From positions 1-64,000 of the IMG/VR virus record IMGVR_UViG_3300042475_001686: a DNA stretch of 64,000 nt. One strand, 5' to 3'. Every line of letters starts with the position of its first letter. Within the stretch, counting starts at the first letter, position 1. The position numbers were made by a program, and so were the translations under genes. This DNA comes from a virus. This document shows positions 37,753-48,060 of this stretch, in pieces. A model generated the notes under the pieces. The model did not search any database. It saw nothing but the letters and a program-made list of their open reading frames with translations, and had not been told where the DNA came from.

Positions 37753-38487
37753 ATGCCCAATTGGTGCTACAACTATCTTGACATATCAGGTGACGAAACC
37801 CTGATTGCAGATATCAAACGACAACTCAACAAACCATTTGTAAAAGACCATGATTCATGGAATGCTACAACTGGACAAATGGAAGTATCTCAAACTACTT
37901 ACCCTAATCCTGTGTTTGCATTTCATAATATATATAATCATAGACAAGACGGTATTTCAGACGAGGAATATATCAAGCAACCTGACCATACCCTGCCTTT
38001 AGAGGAATCTCTTATGTTCAAGGGTAATCATTGGTACGACTGGAATGTTCGCAATTGGGGAACCAAATGGGACGTTGCTGTTCACGATAACGATAAGTAT
38101 CCTGATACTGAGTTATATGAGGAGAGCACTACAGTTCTTGGATATAAATTCAATACCGCTTGGTCTCCACCTATTCAGGCTATAACTAAACTATCAGAAC
38201 AATATCCTACTCTCAACTTCAATCTATCTTATGAAGAAGAAACAGGTTGGGGTGGGGAAGTTACATTGCTTAATGGTTTTATCACTACCGTTGAGGAATA
38301 CGAGAACAAGTGTCGTGACTGTGATGAACTTAACAGTCTTGAGTATTGTGAGAATGACTGCGGTGAGATATGTAATGTATGTCACTATATGGGCGAGGCT
38401 GACCTTGACTGTGTTGCAGAATGTCAGGACCACAAGGTATACTTGGATGAAAAGCATGTACCCGACTATAGATTGGAAAAGGCATAA
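37753..38487 (+). CDS. DUF1281/YubB-like phage protein with Cys-rich tail
   Basis: MPNWCYN..WYDWNVRNWGTKWD..FNTAWSPP. Confidence 0.7.
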   Translation: MPNWCYNYLDISGDETLIADIKRQLNKPFVKDHDSWNATTGQMEVSQTTYPNPVFAFHNIYNHRQDGISDEEYIKQPDHTLPLEESLMFKGNHWYDWNVRNWGTKWDVAVHDNDKYPDTELYEESTTVLGYKFNTAWSPPIQAITKLSEQYPTLNFNLSYEEETGWGGEVTLLNGFITTVEEYENKCRDCDELNSLEYCENDCGEICNVCHYMGEADLDCVAECQDHKVYLDEKHVPDYRLEKA

Positions 38488-38771
38488 TGGAAATATCACC
38501 TACCGTGCTCGATGAGCGTTTACAAAAGTTAGTTAATCTTGGTGTTGAAGGTATCGACATCATGCACGGACAACTAAAGAATATGATGTATGAGGCTGAA
38601 GCAGAACTACGCATGGCCCAAGAGGTAGAGGAAGAAAACGACTATTCCGACGCCATGGAATCAATGGAACGTAAATATTGGGAGGGATATACAGACGCAC
38701 TTGCACTTTGCTACGGTTTGACGTATGATATATCTTTCGCTATTAAACAAAAGGAGACAGACAATGCTTAA
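38487..38771 (+). CDS. hypothetical protein
   Basis: Coupled ORF. Confidence 0.5.
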   Translation: MEISPTVLDERLQKLVNLGVEGIDIMHGQLKNMMYEAEAELRMAQEVEEENDYSDAMESMERKYWEGYTDALALCYGLTYDISFAIKQKETDNA

Positions 38772-39099
38772 GACAGATAAGTTAATACTAATAGGACAGT
38801 TTGCAGTAGACAGTGGTCAAGCCATTATTGGAGACCCATGCTATTTAGATGAGTGGAAAAACTGGGACAGAGAAGTAGATAACTTTGACGACCATGTTAA
38901 TAGAGTTGGTGAGTATGGCTACCTCGGTGCTTGCAACGCTACCATTACCAAGGGCTTTGGTGAATTAGGAAATCAAGCAGTAGCATTTTCTACTGGCTAT
39001 GGTGACGGTTTATATCCAGTTTATGCCCATATTAATGAGGACGGCAGAGTTGGAATGGTTGTAATCGATTTTACAGGAGAGTATCTTGATGATGAATGA
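38764..39099 (+). CDS. DUF4241-like protein
   Basis: VDSGQAIIGDPCY..STGYGDGLYPVY. Confidence 0.6.
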   Translation: MLKTDKLILIGQFAVDSGQAIIGDPCYLDEWKNWDREVDNFDDHVNRVGEYGYLGACNATITKGFGELGNQAVAFSTGYGDGLYPVYAHINEDGRVGMVVIDFTGEYLDDE

Positions 39100-39170
39100 T
39101 TGGATCCAATTGACATTGCCGCTGGAATTTGATACCATTAACATAAACCCTACTACAGAAAGGACTCCTA

Positions 39171-39530
39171 ATGGGAGCACGTTGTAATTTCGTATTTAAA
39201 CAATCAGAGGACCAGGCTGTAACCCTATACAGTCACTGGGACGAAAGCCATATGTATGAACTGCTGGCAGCAGCGCTTGGACATGCAATGCCACGTATTG
39301 AAATGGGTGATATCCCGTATGCGACTCGAATGGCTATTAGTTATATTATTAAAGAATCTATTCTGGATGAGACAGGATATGGAATTTATGCCATGGACCC
39401 GTCAGACCAAGGATTCTTGGACCATCCAATCACCATTGATTTCACTGACATGACAGTTGGTGAGGGTGAGGCCTGGCATTCCATTAATGATTTTATTAAC
39501 TACAATCTTGTGACGACGGTCACTAAATAA
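39171..39530 (+). CDS. conserved phage protein
   Basis: MGARCN..LYSHW; AGAAAGGA RBS. Confidence 0.55.
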   Translation: MGARCNFVFKQSEDQAVTLYSHWDESHMYELLAAALGHAMPRIEMGDIPYATRMAISYIIKESILDETGYGIYAMDPSDQGFLDHPITIDFTDMTVGEGEAWHSINDFINYNLVTTVTK

Positions 39531-39609
39531 AGCGAAGACTGGGTACCTTCGCTTGTTGCCAGGGGGGCAGGTTCGACTGTCTACGGACTTGCCTCCCACA
39601 TCTTTTTTT
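39530..39609 (+). terminator. tandem hairpins ending in a T-run
   Basis: AAGCGAAG/CTTCGCTT, then GGGGGGCAGGTTCG/CGGACTTGCCTCCC, then T7. Confidence 0.55.
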
Positions 39610-39632
39610 GATACAATCTATAAGGAGGAACT

Positions 39633-39878
39633 ATGGCTTACAGTGTTAGACGAGCACCACAGAATACCAAAGAAATACAAGTAGCACAGAGAATAGCAAA
39701 GATAATCAACGAAGACATGGGTCTAAACCTTGAGGCTGTTGGCTATCATTTGGTGAGAAACCACCCACCAATTGTATGGCACCGCCTTGAAGTTCTTGCC
39801 TTGACAGCAGGGGAAGAACATGATAAACTTATGTCAGACTATTTAGGAGAACAACATGTCGGTACCCTTTTCGGATAA
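39633..39878 (+). CDS. hypothetical protein
   Basis: AAGGAGG RBS. Confidence 0.5.
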   Translation: MAYSVRRAPQNTKEIQVAQRIAKIINEDMGLNLEAVGYHLVRNHPPIVWHRLEVLALTAGEEHDKLMSDYLGEQHVGTLFG

Positions 39879-40146
39879 GTGCGGGATTTTAGGTCAGTTC
39901 TGGTTTGAATACAGAGATGACGAAAAACTCAAAGAGTTCATTTCTTATAATGACATTGGATTGCCTTTGTCATGGTTTATTGCTACGGGAGTGGTAACAC
40001 CAAACCCTATGGCAGAGGACTATGTAAATGAAACTTTCAATCTATTCTTGGCAGCATTAGAATTGTCAGAGGAAGAAATTGAGGGTTTGGATAGCCTAAA
40101 CGAAATCCTTGAAATCGTAGAAGCCAAGCAAGAGGACGAAGACTAA
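39856..40146 (+). CDS. hypothetical acidic protein
   Basis: AGGAG RBS. Confidence 0.5.
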   Translation: MSVPFSDKCGILGQFWFEYRDDEKLKEFISYNDIGLPLSWFIATGVVTPNPMAEDYVNETFNLFLAALELSEEEIEGLDSLNEILEIVEAKQEDED

Positions 40147-40189
40147 AAATCTAAGTCCCCCTTGCGGGGCCGCCTAGGTAGATATCTAG

Positions 40190-41083
40190 AAACCATATCA
40201 AACCACAAACCATAAAACCATTTTACGAATGTATTACGAACCATTGTAAATTTTTCCCAGAAAGATTACGATCCAAACCATATTTTCCCCAAACCATATA
40301 GCATAATATTTTTGGTTTGTCAAACCTTCAAGCCATAGTGTATGATTGTTTGTATAGTACTAGGGGTATTACGATGTCTTTTATATACCCCGCCGTTTTT
40401 TAAAGACATTACGAACGCCGATTTCTTCCCCCCTCCAGAAAGTTTGGCGGGAATAAACGGGAGTATAATAATTATATGAGTCCCCGTCACTTTTCAAAGA
40501 TGTATCAAAACAAAAGTCAACACAGACATGATCAGCAATCTGACTGGGACTCTTTTACAAAAGACATGACGGTTTTGACTGGTATGTTATACTCAATTGC
40601 AAAGGCACCTCTCAAACCATTCATCCCTGCCTTCTACAAAACGGCGGGAGAAGTTAAAAAAGATTACGAACCTCTCTATAATCCCCCTATAAAGGAATAA
40701 CAAACCATATTTCCTGGTTTTAAAACATTTTAAAAAGTATTACGAACTTATTGGAATTTTTCCTGGATATTTGGCAATTTTCATCCAAAATAGATTACGA
40801 ACCCTATTGACAAACCATGGTTTTGGATGTATAATGCCCAAACCTTATATGATGGTTTGACAATATCGGGCATATATGGTATGAGGGTTTGTGAGGTTTG
40901 AAGATATTGGGTGTGAGGGTTTGTGAGGTTTGGGATTACGAACGCCATCTATAAAAACGTTCCATTCACCACTATCCTCCACTTCACTCCACTTTAACCC
41001 TATCCAATAATATAATCAGTAAGATTTATCTGTGGATAACTTGTGGATAACTAATGTCAAACCGATGATAACCCTGTGGATAA
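40190..41083. repeat. iteron-like TTACGA and AAACC repeats plus three DnaA boxes (origin candidate)
   Basis: Nine TTACGA copies at 40223-40936; TGTGGATAA at 41031, 41042 and 41075. Confidence 0.6.
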
Positions 41084-41203
41084 CTCTGTCTTTTCCCATC
41101 CACAAACAGTACAAAAATAGATTATCTTGGTGTCATCTGCATGGGTACTAAATCTATGTAAATGCATTGGGTAATTATAAAACCATTATTTGCGACGGTA
41201 TAT

Positions 41204-41722
41204 TTAATAAGATGTTATTTTTGAGCGGGGTATATAATTAACGTTAATAACCTGTCTCATTGGTCCCATATGTGGTGTACACCATGAATGTTTAGAACCA
41301 TCAAACAAGATAGCAGCACCACGTTTGGGTGATATTGAGTGAACTATCTCCAAACCATCATAGATCAAGGTGTCTCCGTATGCATCATTAACGTAATATA
41401 GAAAAACCAGGTGATATGCGGACATGTCTGTATGTGGGGTTGATACTATAGTCTTTGTATTAGGGGGTGTCATGTTGAATTTGACTCTACTCACTATACC
41501 CTCGCCAATTTGGTATTTGTTTAGCATTTTATTTAGGATAAACCTTGTAGCCTTATATTCTGGTGTATTTTCTTCATGGTCTGAGGTAAAGTATTTGATG
41601 TTACCTTCATCATCGACCTTATCTAAAATATTACAATATTGCCATTTATAAACAGAATTGAATATAGTATCTATATCATCTATTTCCTGGTCGCTTAGGA
41701 AATTATCATCATATATGAACAT
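41204..41722 (-). CDS. 2OG-Fe(II) oxygenase
   Basis: PHTD..YYVNDAYGDT..FDGSKH..RQVIN. Confidence 0.75.
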   Translation of the reverse strand: MFIYDDNFLSDQEIDDIDTIFNSVYKWQYCNILDKVDDEGNIKYFTSDHEENTPEYKATRFILNKMLNKYQIGEGIVSRVKFNMTPPNTKTIVSTPHTDMSAYHLVFLYYVNDAYGDTLIYDGLEIVHSISPKRGAAILFDGSKHSWCTPHMGPMRQVINVNYIPRSKITSY

Positions 41723-41844
41723 ACAAACCCTATCTGTAGAGTTTAATTATAACATAGGCCATATTAGAGATATTAACCCCTATTGCTCGTTTAGAGCATA
41801 AGAGGGTTTGTTATTCTATTTTCCGCCGAACTTGAAAGATGATA

Positions 41845-42642
41845 TTATTTTTTATATCTTTGTGCTTTAATATCAAGCAATATATGATCTGTTACACCTT
41901 TGTGCTCTAATATTGCCTCATTCATTAGATGATATTCTTCACCCAACGCCGAAGAATAACCAAATTCAGAATGTATGACCATAAAAATATAATATTTTTC
42001 ACCATCAGTAACTTCTTCAGCAACATGCACTGTTGTACAAGGAAATATTAACGCACTTCCAGCAGATGGTTTTATTTTAATATCTAAATCTGGGAACAGT
42101 ATCTCTCCCCCAGAATAGTTATCATTGAGATAAAATAAAACTGACCAATCCATTGTATTTAATGGATTGTCTACATTTTTGTCAACATGTGGACCTATTT
42201 TACCTCCTACTTTATACTTTCTGAGAAAATAGTTTTTAGATATATACTCTAAATCTTTATTGCCAGTTTTTTCAGACCAAATTTTTATAATTTCTTTGTA
42301 CGGCTTATCTATAAGATCAATAGTTTTTTCTACAGTTTTGTGTGCATAATCTTCAAACACATATTCTGGTCTTGGCCAAAATAAATTATAGTTACTGGCA
42401 GATCTATCCCAATCAAATAATTTTTGTTTGCCTTTTGAATATGTATCTATCTGCATTTTCCAGTCATTTTCTGAGCCACTGCCTTTTACTGGACGACTAT
42501 CTCTCCAGTCTTCCCACGGCGGTATGACTGAGTGTGTTAATTCGTCAAGATCATATTTCTCTATTTGCTGTATAAAGTATTCTGATTCAGGAAGGGCATC
42601 TTCTATATAAAGTATGCCCATGGGAAGTTCTGTAATTTTCAT
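41845..42642 (-). CDS. 2OG-Fe(II) oxygenase, P4H-like
   Basis: PHVD..YLNDNYSGGEILF..HVAEEVTDGEKY. Confidence 0.85.
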   Translation of the reverse strand: MKITELPMGILYIEDALPESEYFIQQIEKYDLDELTHSVIPPWEDWRDSRPVKGSGSENDWKMQIDTYSKGKQKLFDWDRSASNYNLFWPRPEYVFEDYAHKTVEKTIDLIDKPYKEIIKIWSEKTGNKDLEYISKNYFLRKYKVGGKIGPHVDKNVDNPLNTMDWSVLFYLNDNYSGGEILFPDLDIKIKPSAGSALIFPCTTVHVAEEVTDGEKYYIFMVIHSEFGYSSALGEEYHLMNEAILEHKGVTDHILLDIKAQRYKK

Positions 42643-42696
42643 TTACATATTATAGCACTAAAAATAATATATTTTATACTATGATATAATCTTTGT

Positions 42697-43485
42697 ATGC
42701 CTAATTACGATTTATTAGAAGTTAAAGATCCACAAAAACTGCAAACCCTGAAGGATATCTGGGAGCCACGCAAAGAGTTCATCGAAAAAGATCTTTGGGT
42801 TATTCGTAACTTTTTGAGTGAAGAAGAACTTGAATGGCTAAATAAAGAAGCAATTGATCCAAACGGATGGTATCCAACTATGCGCTCCCCATATGGTGGA
42901 AATATTAGAAATAAGTTTCTTGGCTATGTTCCTGAGTATGGCGAAGATGGCATTTTAATTCCACCTCATCCAAAAAATAATCCAGTATTTGTTCCAGTAC
43001 CATTTCTTAATGATATTGAGGATAGATTAGAGTCTGTTTTGCCAAAATACTTTGCTGGTGCTGGAGCACTGCAATCATTTTTTGAAGTTTCAGAAGATGA
43101 ACCTCTTGTTTACAATCCAGATCAAAAAGTGAAAGATGTTGATTGGGCCATGGGTTGGCACTACGAGAGAGATGACGAAGATACAAAAGAAAAACAATTT
43201 ACAATAGTCGCTGAATCATCTAATAAGGCTGCAGTTATGTCAGAAACAATTATATCTGCATCATTTAATGTTTATATTAATGATAATTTTAATGGTGGTA
43301 TTTTAGAATTTAAAAACAAGGATTACTCCATCAAACCAGAACCAGGTATGCTAATTAACATTCCATTATATAAGGAGTTTGAGCATCGTGTTACTAAGGT
43401 AACTAAAGGTAATAGACATACTCTTTATGGAAGATGTTGGGAAGATATCAATAAATCTTTTTTATCTTCAAGAGAAGACTGTTAA
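42697..43485 (+). CDS. 2OG-Fe(II) oxygenase
   Basis: WHYE..YINDNFNGGILEF..HRVTKVTKGNR. Confidence 0.75.
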   Translation: MPNYDLLEVKDPQKLQTLKDIWEPRKEFIEKDLWVIRNFLSEEELEWLNKEAIDPNGWYPTMRSPYGGNIRNKFLGYVPEYGEDGILIPPHPKNNPVFVPVPFLNDIEDRLESVLPKYFAGAGALQSFFEVSEDEPLVYNPDQKVKDVDWAMGWHYERDDEDTKEKQFTIVAESSNKAAVMSETIISASFNVYINDNFNGGILEFKNKDYSIKPEPGMLINIPLYKEFEHRVTKVTKGNRHTLYGRCWEDINKSFLSSREDC

Positions 43486-43504
43486 GTTTACTTGGGTTCT
43501 ATAA

Positions 43505-44044
43505 GTGATTAAAGAATTTATTGAATGTAAAAGAAGTGGAACTACCAAAGTATTTAAAGGTTTCCATAATAACGTATTAACTTGGGATGAGTTTGCTAAT
43601 ATAGTATATTCAGAATCAAAAGAAAAGTCGAAAATAAAAGAGTTAGGAGATTATGATAAGTCTCTTGGTGGAAAACTACACGGAAATATCATAGTAAAAC
43701 AAGACTTATACTTATATGTGATGCAAACCACAGCACCTCAAAAATGCATTGAAGTAATTGATAAGTTTAAAGAGTATGATGTGGTCTTGGGTTTATCAAA
43801 CTACTATGTAAATCTTTCAAATAGTATAAGCAATATTCCATCTCATAATGATCCATTAGATAATTTTTACTGGCAGTGTCAAGGTAGTGTACAATGGGTA
43901 GCCAATGGAGGTCAGACTTATATGGTTGAGCCTGGAGACTTAGTTTATATACCTGCCAAAACTAACCATGGGGTAAACTTTTTAGATAATCCAAGAGGAG
44001 CAGTAGGTTTTGCTGCAGATTTGAGTGAATATGTCCAAGCGTAA
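43505..44044 (+). CDS. JmjC/cupin-type oxygenase
   Basis: HNDPLDNFYWQCQG..W..PGDLVYIP..H. Confidence 0.7.
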   Translation: MIKEFIECKRSGTTKVFKGFHNNVLTWDEFANIVYSESKEKSKIKELGDYDKSLGGKLHGNIIVKQDLYLYVMQTTAPQKCIEVIDKFKEYDVVLGLSNYYVNLSNSISNIPSHNDPLDNFYWQCQGSVQWVANGGQTYMVEPGDLVYIPAKTNHGVNFLDNPRGAVGFAADLSEYVQA

Positions 44045-44264
44045 ACTATTAGATGGTACAGAGGTAGATAATTACGATCACCCAATTGATCTTATTATTC
44101 ATACCAGAGCACCAGGTAAGTGGAAGTTGATTGATATGGAAACAGGAGAAGAGTATCTTGGCTCTATGATGGAACATCCCGACTACGGAGAAAAACTGAG
44201 GGCTAAGGTTATGATCTGTAAAATAGGCTCATGGGTAAAAACAAAAATGTCAGGTAAAAAATGA
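44025..44264 (+). CDS. hypothetical protein
   Basis: TRAPGKWKLIDMETGEEY; related to 45218..45382. Confidence 0.5.
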   Translation: MNMSKRKLLDGTEVDNYDHPIDLIIHTRAPGKWKLIDMETGEEYLGSMMEHPDYGEKLRAKVMICKIGSWVKTKMSGKK

Positions 44265-45217
44265 AACAATCAAATGAGTCAAAATCTCAGGCTGGTCAAA
44301 AAAGATACAGCAAAAATATCAATCGTGTAGCAGATAAGCCTAAATTATCTAAACACGAGAAGTGGGAAATGCGAGAAAGGGCCAGGATCATAGTTGAGGC
44401 CTTGACAAAAGACCAACTATAATTGCTTTATTATGCTATCCCACGAATCCCTTGTACAAACCATTTCTGATATTATTTATGATAGCCTTAAGGGTAAACA
44501 TAAAGATAAACTGGCCAAAGAATTAGCAGAACAAATTATTGAAGTTTTAGAGTTAGACGAACCAGAGACATGGACAAATTGATTCTTAATATATTATGCT
44601 ATAACTGCGGGGTTATGTATACTGCTTCTGTAAATACCCCGAATCTTATCCAAAGTTGTCCAAGATGCTATAATGAGAATATGGAAACAACAAAGTGCTT
44701 TTATTGTGATGAAGAAGCAAAGTATACTCAGCCAGGACAAAAGACTGGCAAGATTATAGACGTTTGCGAAAAGCACTTTACATTCAAGTATTGGGGGTAG
44801 TCGTGGCAATTGAAATGAAAGAATGGTCTAAAGAAACAAAGAGATCTATTTTATTAAGTGTAATTGTAATTGTTGGGGCTGTTATATTTTTTAGTTTAAT
44901 CTAATAAAATATTAAACTTTACAAACTGATACCTTTACTGTATAATTAATATATGACAAGTAAAGTTGTAATTTGCCCTATTTGCAAAAAAGAGACCGAA
45001 GTCCGTTGGGGTATATTTGCCCATGATACACTTAATAGACACCTTAAGGAGCATAAGTGAAAAGATATAGTTTTCCAGATCCAGATAATGAAGGATACGA
45101 AATTGTTATACCAACTGAAGTAATTAAAGATATTACTATCGCATATATGAGAACTACTTTTTATTGGTCTGTAGGCTTATTTAGTTTTCTAATAGGTATT
45201 TTGATTGGAGTAAGTAT

Positions 45218-45382
45218 ATGAGGAAACAAGTTGAATTTACAGAAATGTCTGAAGAGACTGTGATTACATTAAGAACTAACTGTCCTGAAAAATATTTACT
45301 CGTTGATAGAGAGACTGGAAATGTTTTTGTTGCAAGAGAAACTGGAGAATGGGAGTTGATTCGTAATGGATCTATTCGATGA
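45218..45382 (+). CDS. 54-aa paralog of 44025..44264 (not in the ORF track)
   Basis: TNCPEKYLLVDRETGNVF. Confidence 0.45.
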   Translation: MRKQVEFTEMSEETVITLRTNCPEKYLLVDRETGNVFVARETGEWELIRNGSIR

Positions 45383-45707
45383 TTCTATTGTAGAGCATAA
45401 GTCTTTGCCACCATTGCGATGGATTGCAAATTTTTCTGGATCTATTGCATCCAGAGGTTTGTTGGAGATTTCTTATATGGAAGATGCAGGCTACACTGGC
45501 TGGAAATATAAACTAAATTGTTTTCTATGGGATAAATTTTGGCCGTTATATGCAAAATATGGTACAACATATAGACTAAGGATGGACTTGTCTGGCAAAG
45601 GTTGGGATGATTACGATGAAGATGGTGTCCCATATTGGGAGAAGTGGGATCTTTGGGATTATGAAGATGAAGAAACAGGCGACGGCTTTAGGATTATTAA
45701 AAAATGA
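45366..45707 (+). CDS. hypothetical protein
   Basis: ORF with GGGAG RBS. Confidence 0.45.
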   Translation: MDLFDDSIVEHKSLPPLRWIANFSGSIASRGLLEISYMEDAGYTGWKYKLNCFLWDKFWPLYAKYGTTYRLRMDLSGKGWDDYDEDGVPYWEKWDLWDYEDEETGDGFRIIKK

Positions 45708-45734
45708 AAACAACAATAAAGGAGAATAAATAAT

Positions 45735-45926
45735 ATGCAATGTGGATGTGGCTTTTCAACTGAATATCCTACATGTAATGGAACTCATAAAGTTATAAAG
45801 AGTGTTAAAGATAAAATTATTTCTGAAATAGAACAAATACCTCTTGAAAGCAACGGAATGCAGTTAAATGCATTAGGCATGAGAATGCTTGTAATTGATA
45901 TTATTAAAAAGGTTAAAGGTGTCTAA
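45735..45926 (+). CDS. CDGSH iron-sulfur domain protein
   Basis: CGCGFSTEYPTCNGTH. Confidence 0.65.
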   Translation: MQCGCGFSTEYPTCNGTHKVIKSVKDKIISEIEQIPLESNGMQLNALGMRMLVIDIIKKVKGV

Positions 45927-46176
45927 CTGGGTCTGTCCCTGTAATGGCTGTAAGAAGGCACAGAAGGTCATTATAGACCAGATCGTAGAGGAGTATAGGT
46001 CTTGTCCTAACCTTGTAGAGTCTGAAGATAAACTGTTTTGTTATACATGGTGGAGACACGATGATTGCGAAAGACTAAGACAGTTATTATATAAGATTAC
46101 GAAGAATGATCGATATACCCTGCCAGAAATAAAACCATCAAATGATACAATTGATATATCAAAAGGATTGGAGTAA
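45895..46176 (+). CDS. Cys-rich hypothetical protein
   Basis: WVCPCNGC; start uncertain. Confidence 0.4.
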   Translation: MILLKRLKVSNWVCPCNGCKKAQKVIIDQIVEEYRSCPNLVESEDKLFCYTWWRHDDCERLRQLLYKITKNDRYTLPEIKPSNDTIDISKGLE

Positions 46177-46182
46177 AGTATA

Positions 46183-46842
46183 ATGTCAGCATTTCCAAAA
46201 ATAATTTGGCAAACCCATAAATGGGATTACGAAGATCTTCCAGATATCTACAAAAATACAAGCAAAACCTGGCAAGTTATGAATCCTGATTGGGAATATA
46301 GATATGTTCCTAATAGTCAGATGAGATCATATATTGAAAAACTTAATAACAAACAAATATTAAACTTTTTTGATAGAAATAACTCTCCATTAAATCAAGC
46401 AGATGTGTGGAGAGAGGTAATGGTTTATGAACATGGTGGAATATGGGCAGATATGGATTCTGTATGCTTGTTTCCAATTGATAAGGTTATTGAAAAGAAT
46501 CCAGATAAAGAAATGATTTGTATGTCTCCCGTCGTAAAATTTAGAATGGATGAAGACAATAACTATCAACCAATAGGGGTTGAGGATGGCATACAAAGAC
46601 TTATATCTGGAAAGGAATATGGTTATTGGATATCTAATGCAGCCTTTCTTGGTAAAAAACATAATAAAGTTTCAACTGAAATATTTAAAGCAATGACTGA
46701 GTTTTGGGGATTTAGAGAGTCTTCGTTTATGGGTATGAGAGCAGAACTATATGATAAATATCATGATGATATGTCATTAGATTTAATATGTGCCTTTCAT
46801 GATGGCATGTTTAATGATAGAAATTATCAATCTAAACAATAA
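46183..46842 (+). CDS. glycosyltransferase, GT32/OCH1-like (DXD); paralog of 23454..24155
   Basis: FPKIIWQTH..QADVWR..GGIWADMD. Confidence 0.85.
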   Translation: MSAFPKIIWQTHKWDYEDLPDIYKNTSKTWQVMNPDWEYRYVPNSQMRSYIEKLNNKQILNFFDRNNSPLNQADVWREVMVYEHGGIWADMDSVCLFPIDKVIEKNPDKEMICMSPVVKFRMDEDNNYQPIGVEDGIQRLISGKEYGYWISNAAFLGKKHNKVSTEIFKAMTEFWGFRESSFMGMRAELYDKYHDDMSLDLICAFHDGMFNDRNYQSKQ

Positions 46843-46922
46843 TACGGCGGTACTTGACAATCTGCCTTGCCTTGTTCTATAATTAGTATGTAAGCAAACA
46901 ACTCAAACAGAAAGACTTTACA

Positions 46923-47735
46923 ATGAAAAAACTTATCGCTATTATTTTTGCAATCGTTTTTACTGCAACCCCTATATCTCATGCAGATATTATTCCAGAA
47001 AAACCAATTTTTGACCCTTCGGAACATTGTGTCGTCGACCCCTTAACAGAAACTGTAATTAGCGTTGATAAAAAGTTTGATAATGGAAGTCTTTTAAAAA
47101 AATACGGAATAAAGATTTTATATCCTGGAGTTCAAAAAATACTCACAACAGATATTTTAAAATATCAGCAAGCATTACAAGAATATTCTACTTGGAGTTC
47201 AAACTTTGTAATTCAGTTTAAAATTTTGCTGCCAGAAAATATTTATGAAAATAATCAATGTGGTATGGAAAAATATAGATATGAACAGTCTATTGTAGAG
47301 TACAACACACCAGACGGAACCTGTACTAATTTTTGGTTATATCCAAATAAAACAAAATATAAGTATGAGGTAGTTGGTGAGTCTCACAGACTTATCACAA
47401 CAAGAAAATTGCTAGAGTCTAACTCTAAATTAAATGCTATAGGAGAAAGAGAGTTTTATCCAAATGCTATACTAAAACTTGAGCCTAATAATAAGTTTGA
47501 TAGATATGCTGTCATGGTTTTAATTAACAATAAGCATGTAGGATATGTTCCAGCAGACTTTGCTAAATATATGACACAATATATAAAGTCTACTAAAAAA
47601 AGTCAAATTACTGTCCCAGCCTGTATGGGTTCTGCGGGTGGTTGGCCTCAAGTAAATCTTAATATGGATCCATTTTTAAAATCTATTAAAAAAACAATTA
47701 TTGCATGGAGAGATGGTACAAGAACAGATAGATAA
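46923..47735 (+). CDS. signal-peptide protein with C-terminal HIRAN-like domain
   Basis: VVGESH..LKLEPNNKFDRYAVMV..VGYVP. Confidence 0.6.
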   Translation: MKKLIAIIFAIVFTATPISHADIIPEKPIFDPSEHCVVDPLTETVISVDKKFDNGSLLKKYGIKILYPGVQKILTTDILKYQQALQEYSTWSSNFVIQFKILLPENIYENNQCGMEKYRYEQSIVEYNTPDGTCTNFWLYPNKTKYKYEVVGESHRLITTRKLLESNSKLNAIGEREFYPNAILKLEPNNKFDRYAVMVLINNKHVGYVPADFAKYMTQYIKSTKKSQITVPACMGSAGGWPQVNLNMDPFLKSIKKTIIAWRDGTRTDR

Positions 47736-47744
47736 TAGGTTTAA

Positions 47745-47818
47745 GGAGCAGTAGCCAAGTTGGTCAAGGCCCCGAACTCATAATTCGGTTATCGTAGGTT
47801 CAAGTCCTACCTGCTCTA
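47745..47818 (+). tRNA. tRNA with CAT anticodon (elongator Met or Ile2)
   Basis: Cloverleaf; CCGAA-CT-CAT-AA-TTCGG; lacks initiator features. Confidence 0.85.
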
Positions 47819-47822
47819 CTTT

Positions 47823-47895
47823 GCCCTTGTAGCCCAGTGGTAGAGGCACACGACTTAAAATCGTGCAAGCGTTGGTTCGAATCCAACCAGGGGCA
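47823..47895 (+). tRNA. tRNA-Leu(TAA), short variable loop
   Basis: CACGA-CT-TAA-AA-TCGTG; GGTTCGAATCC. Confidence 0.85.
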
Positions 47896-47899
47896 CTAA

Positions 47900-47972
47900 A
47901 CCTCTGTAACTCAGTGGATAGAGTAGCGGACTTCTAATCCGTTTGTCGTTGGTTCAAATCCAATCAGAGGTG
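47900..47972 (+). tRNA. tRNA-Arg(TCT)
   Basis: GCGGA-CT-TCT-AA-TCCGT. Confidence 0.9.
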
Positions 47973-47987
47973 CTACAATAGTAATAT

Positions 47988-48060
47988 TGATCTGTAGTTC
48001 AGTTGGTAGAACACTCGACTGTTAATCGAGATGTCGCAGGATCGAGACCTGCCAGATCAG
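47988..48060 (+). tRNA. tRNA-Asn(GTT)
   Basis: CTCGA-CT-GTT-AA-TCGAG; atypical T-loop ATCGAGA. Confidence 0.8.

Noticed and set aside
40476-40700. 74-aa ORF within the origin-like region
   Set aside because: It has a leaderless-type promoter and may be real, but shows no motifs and overlaps repeats; left uncalled
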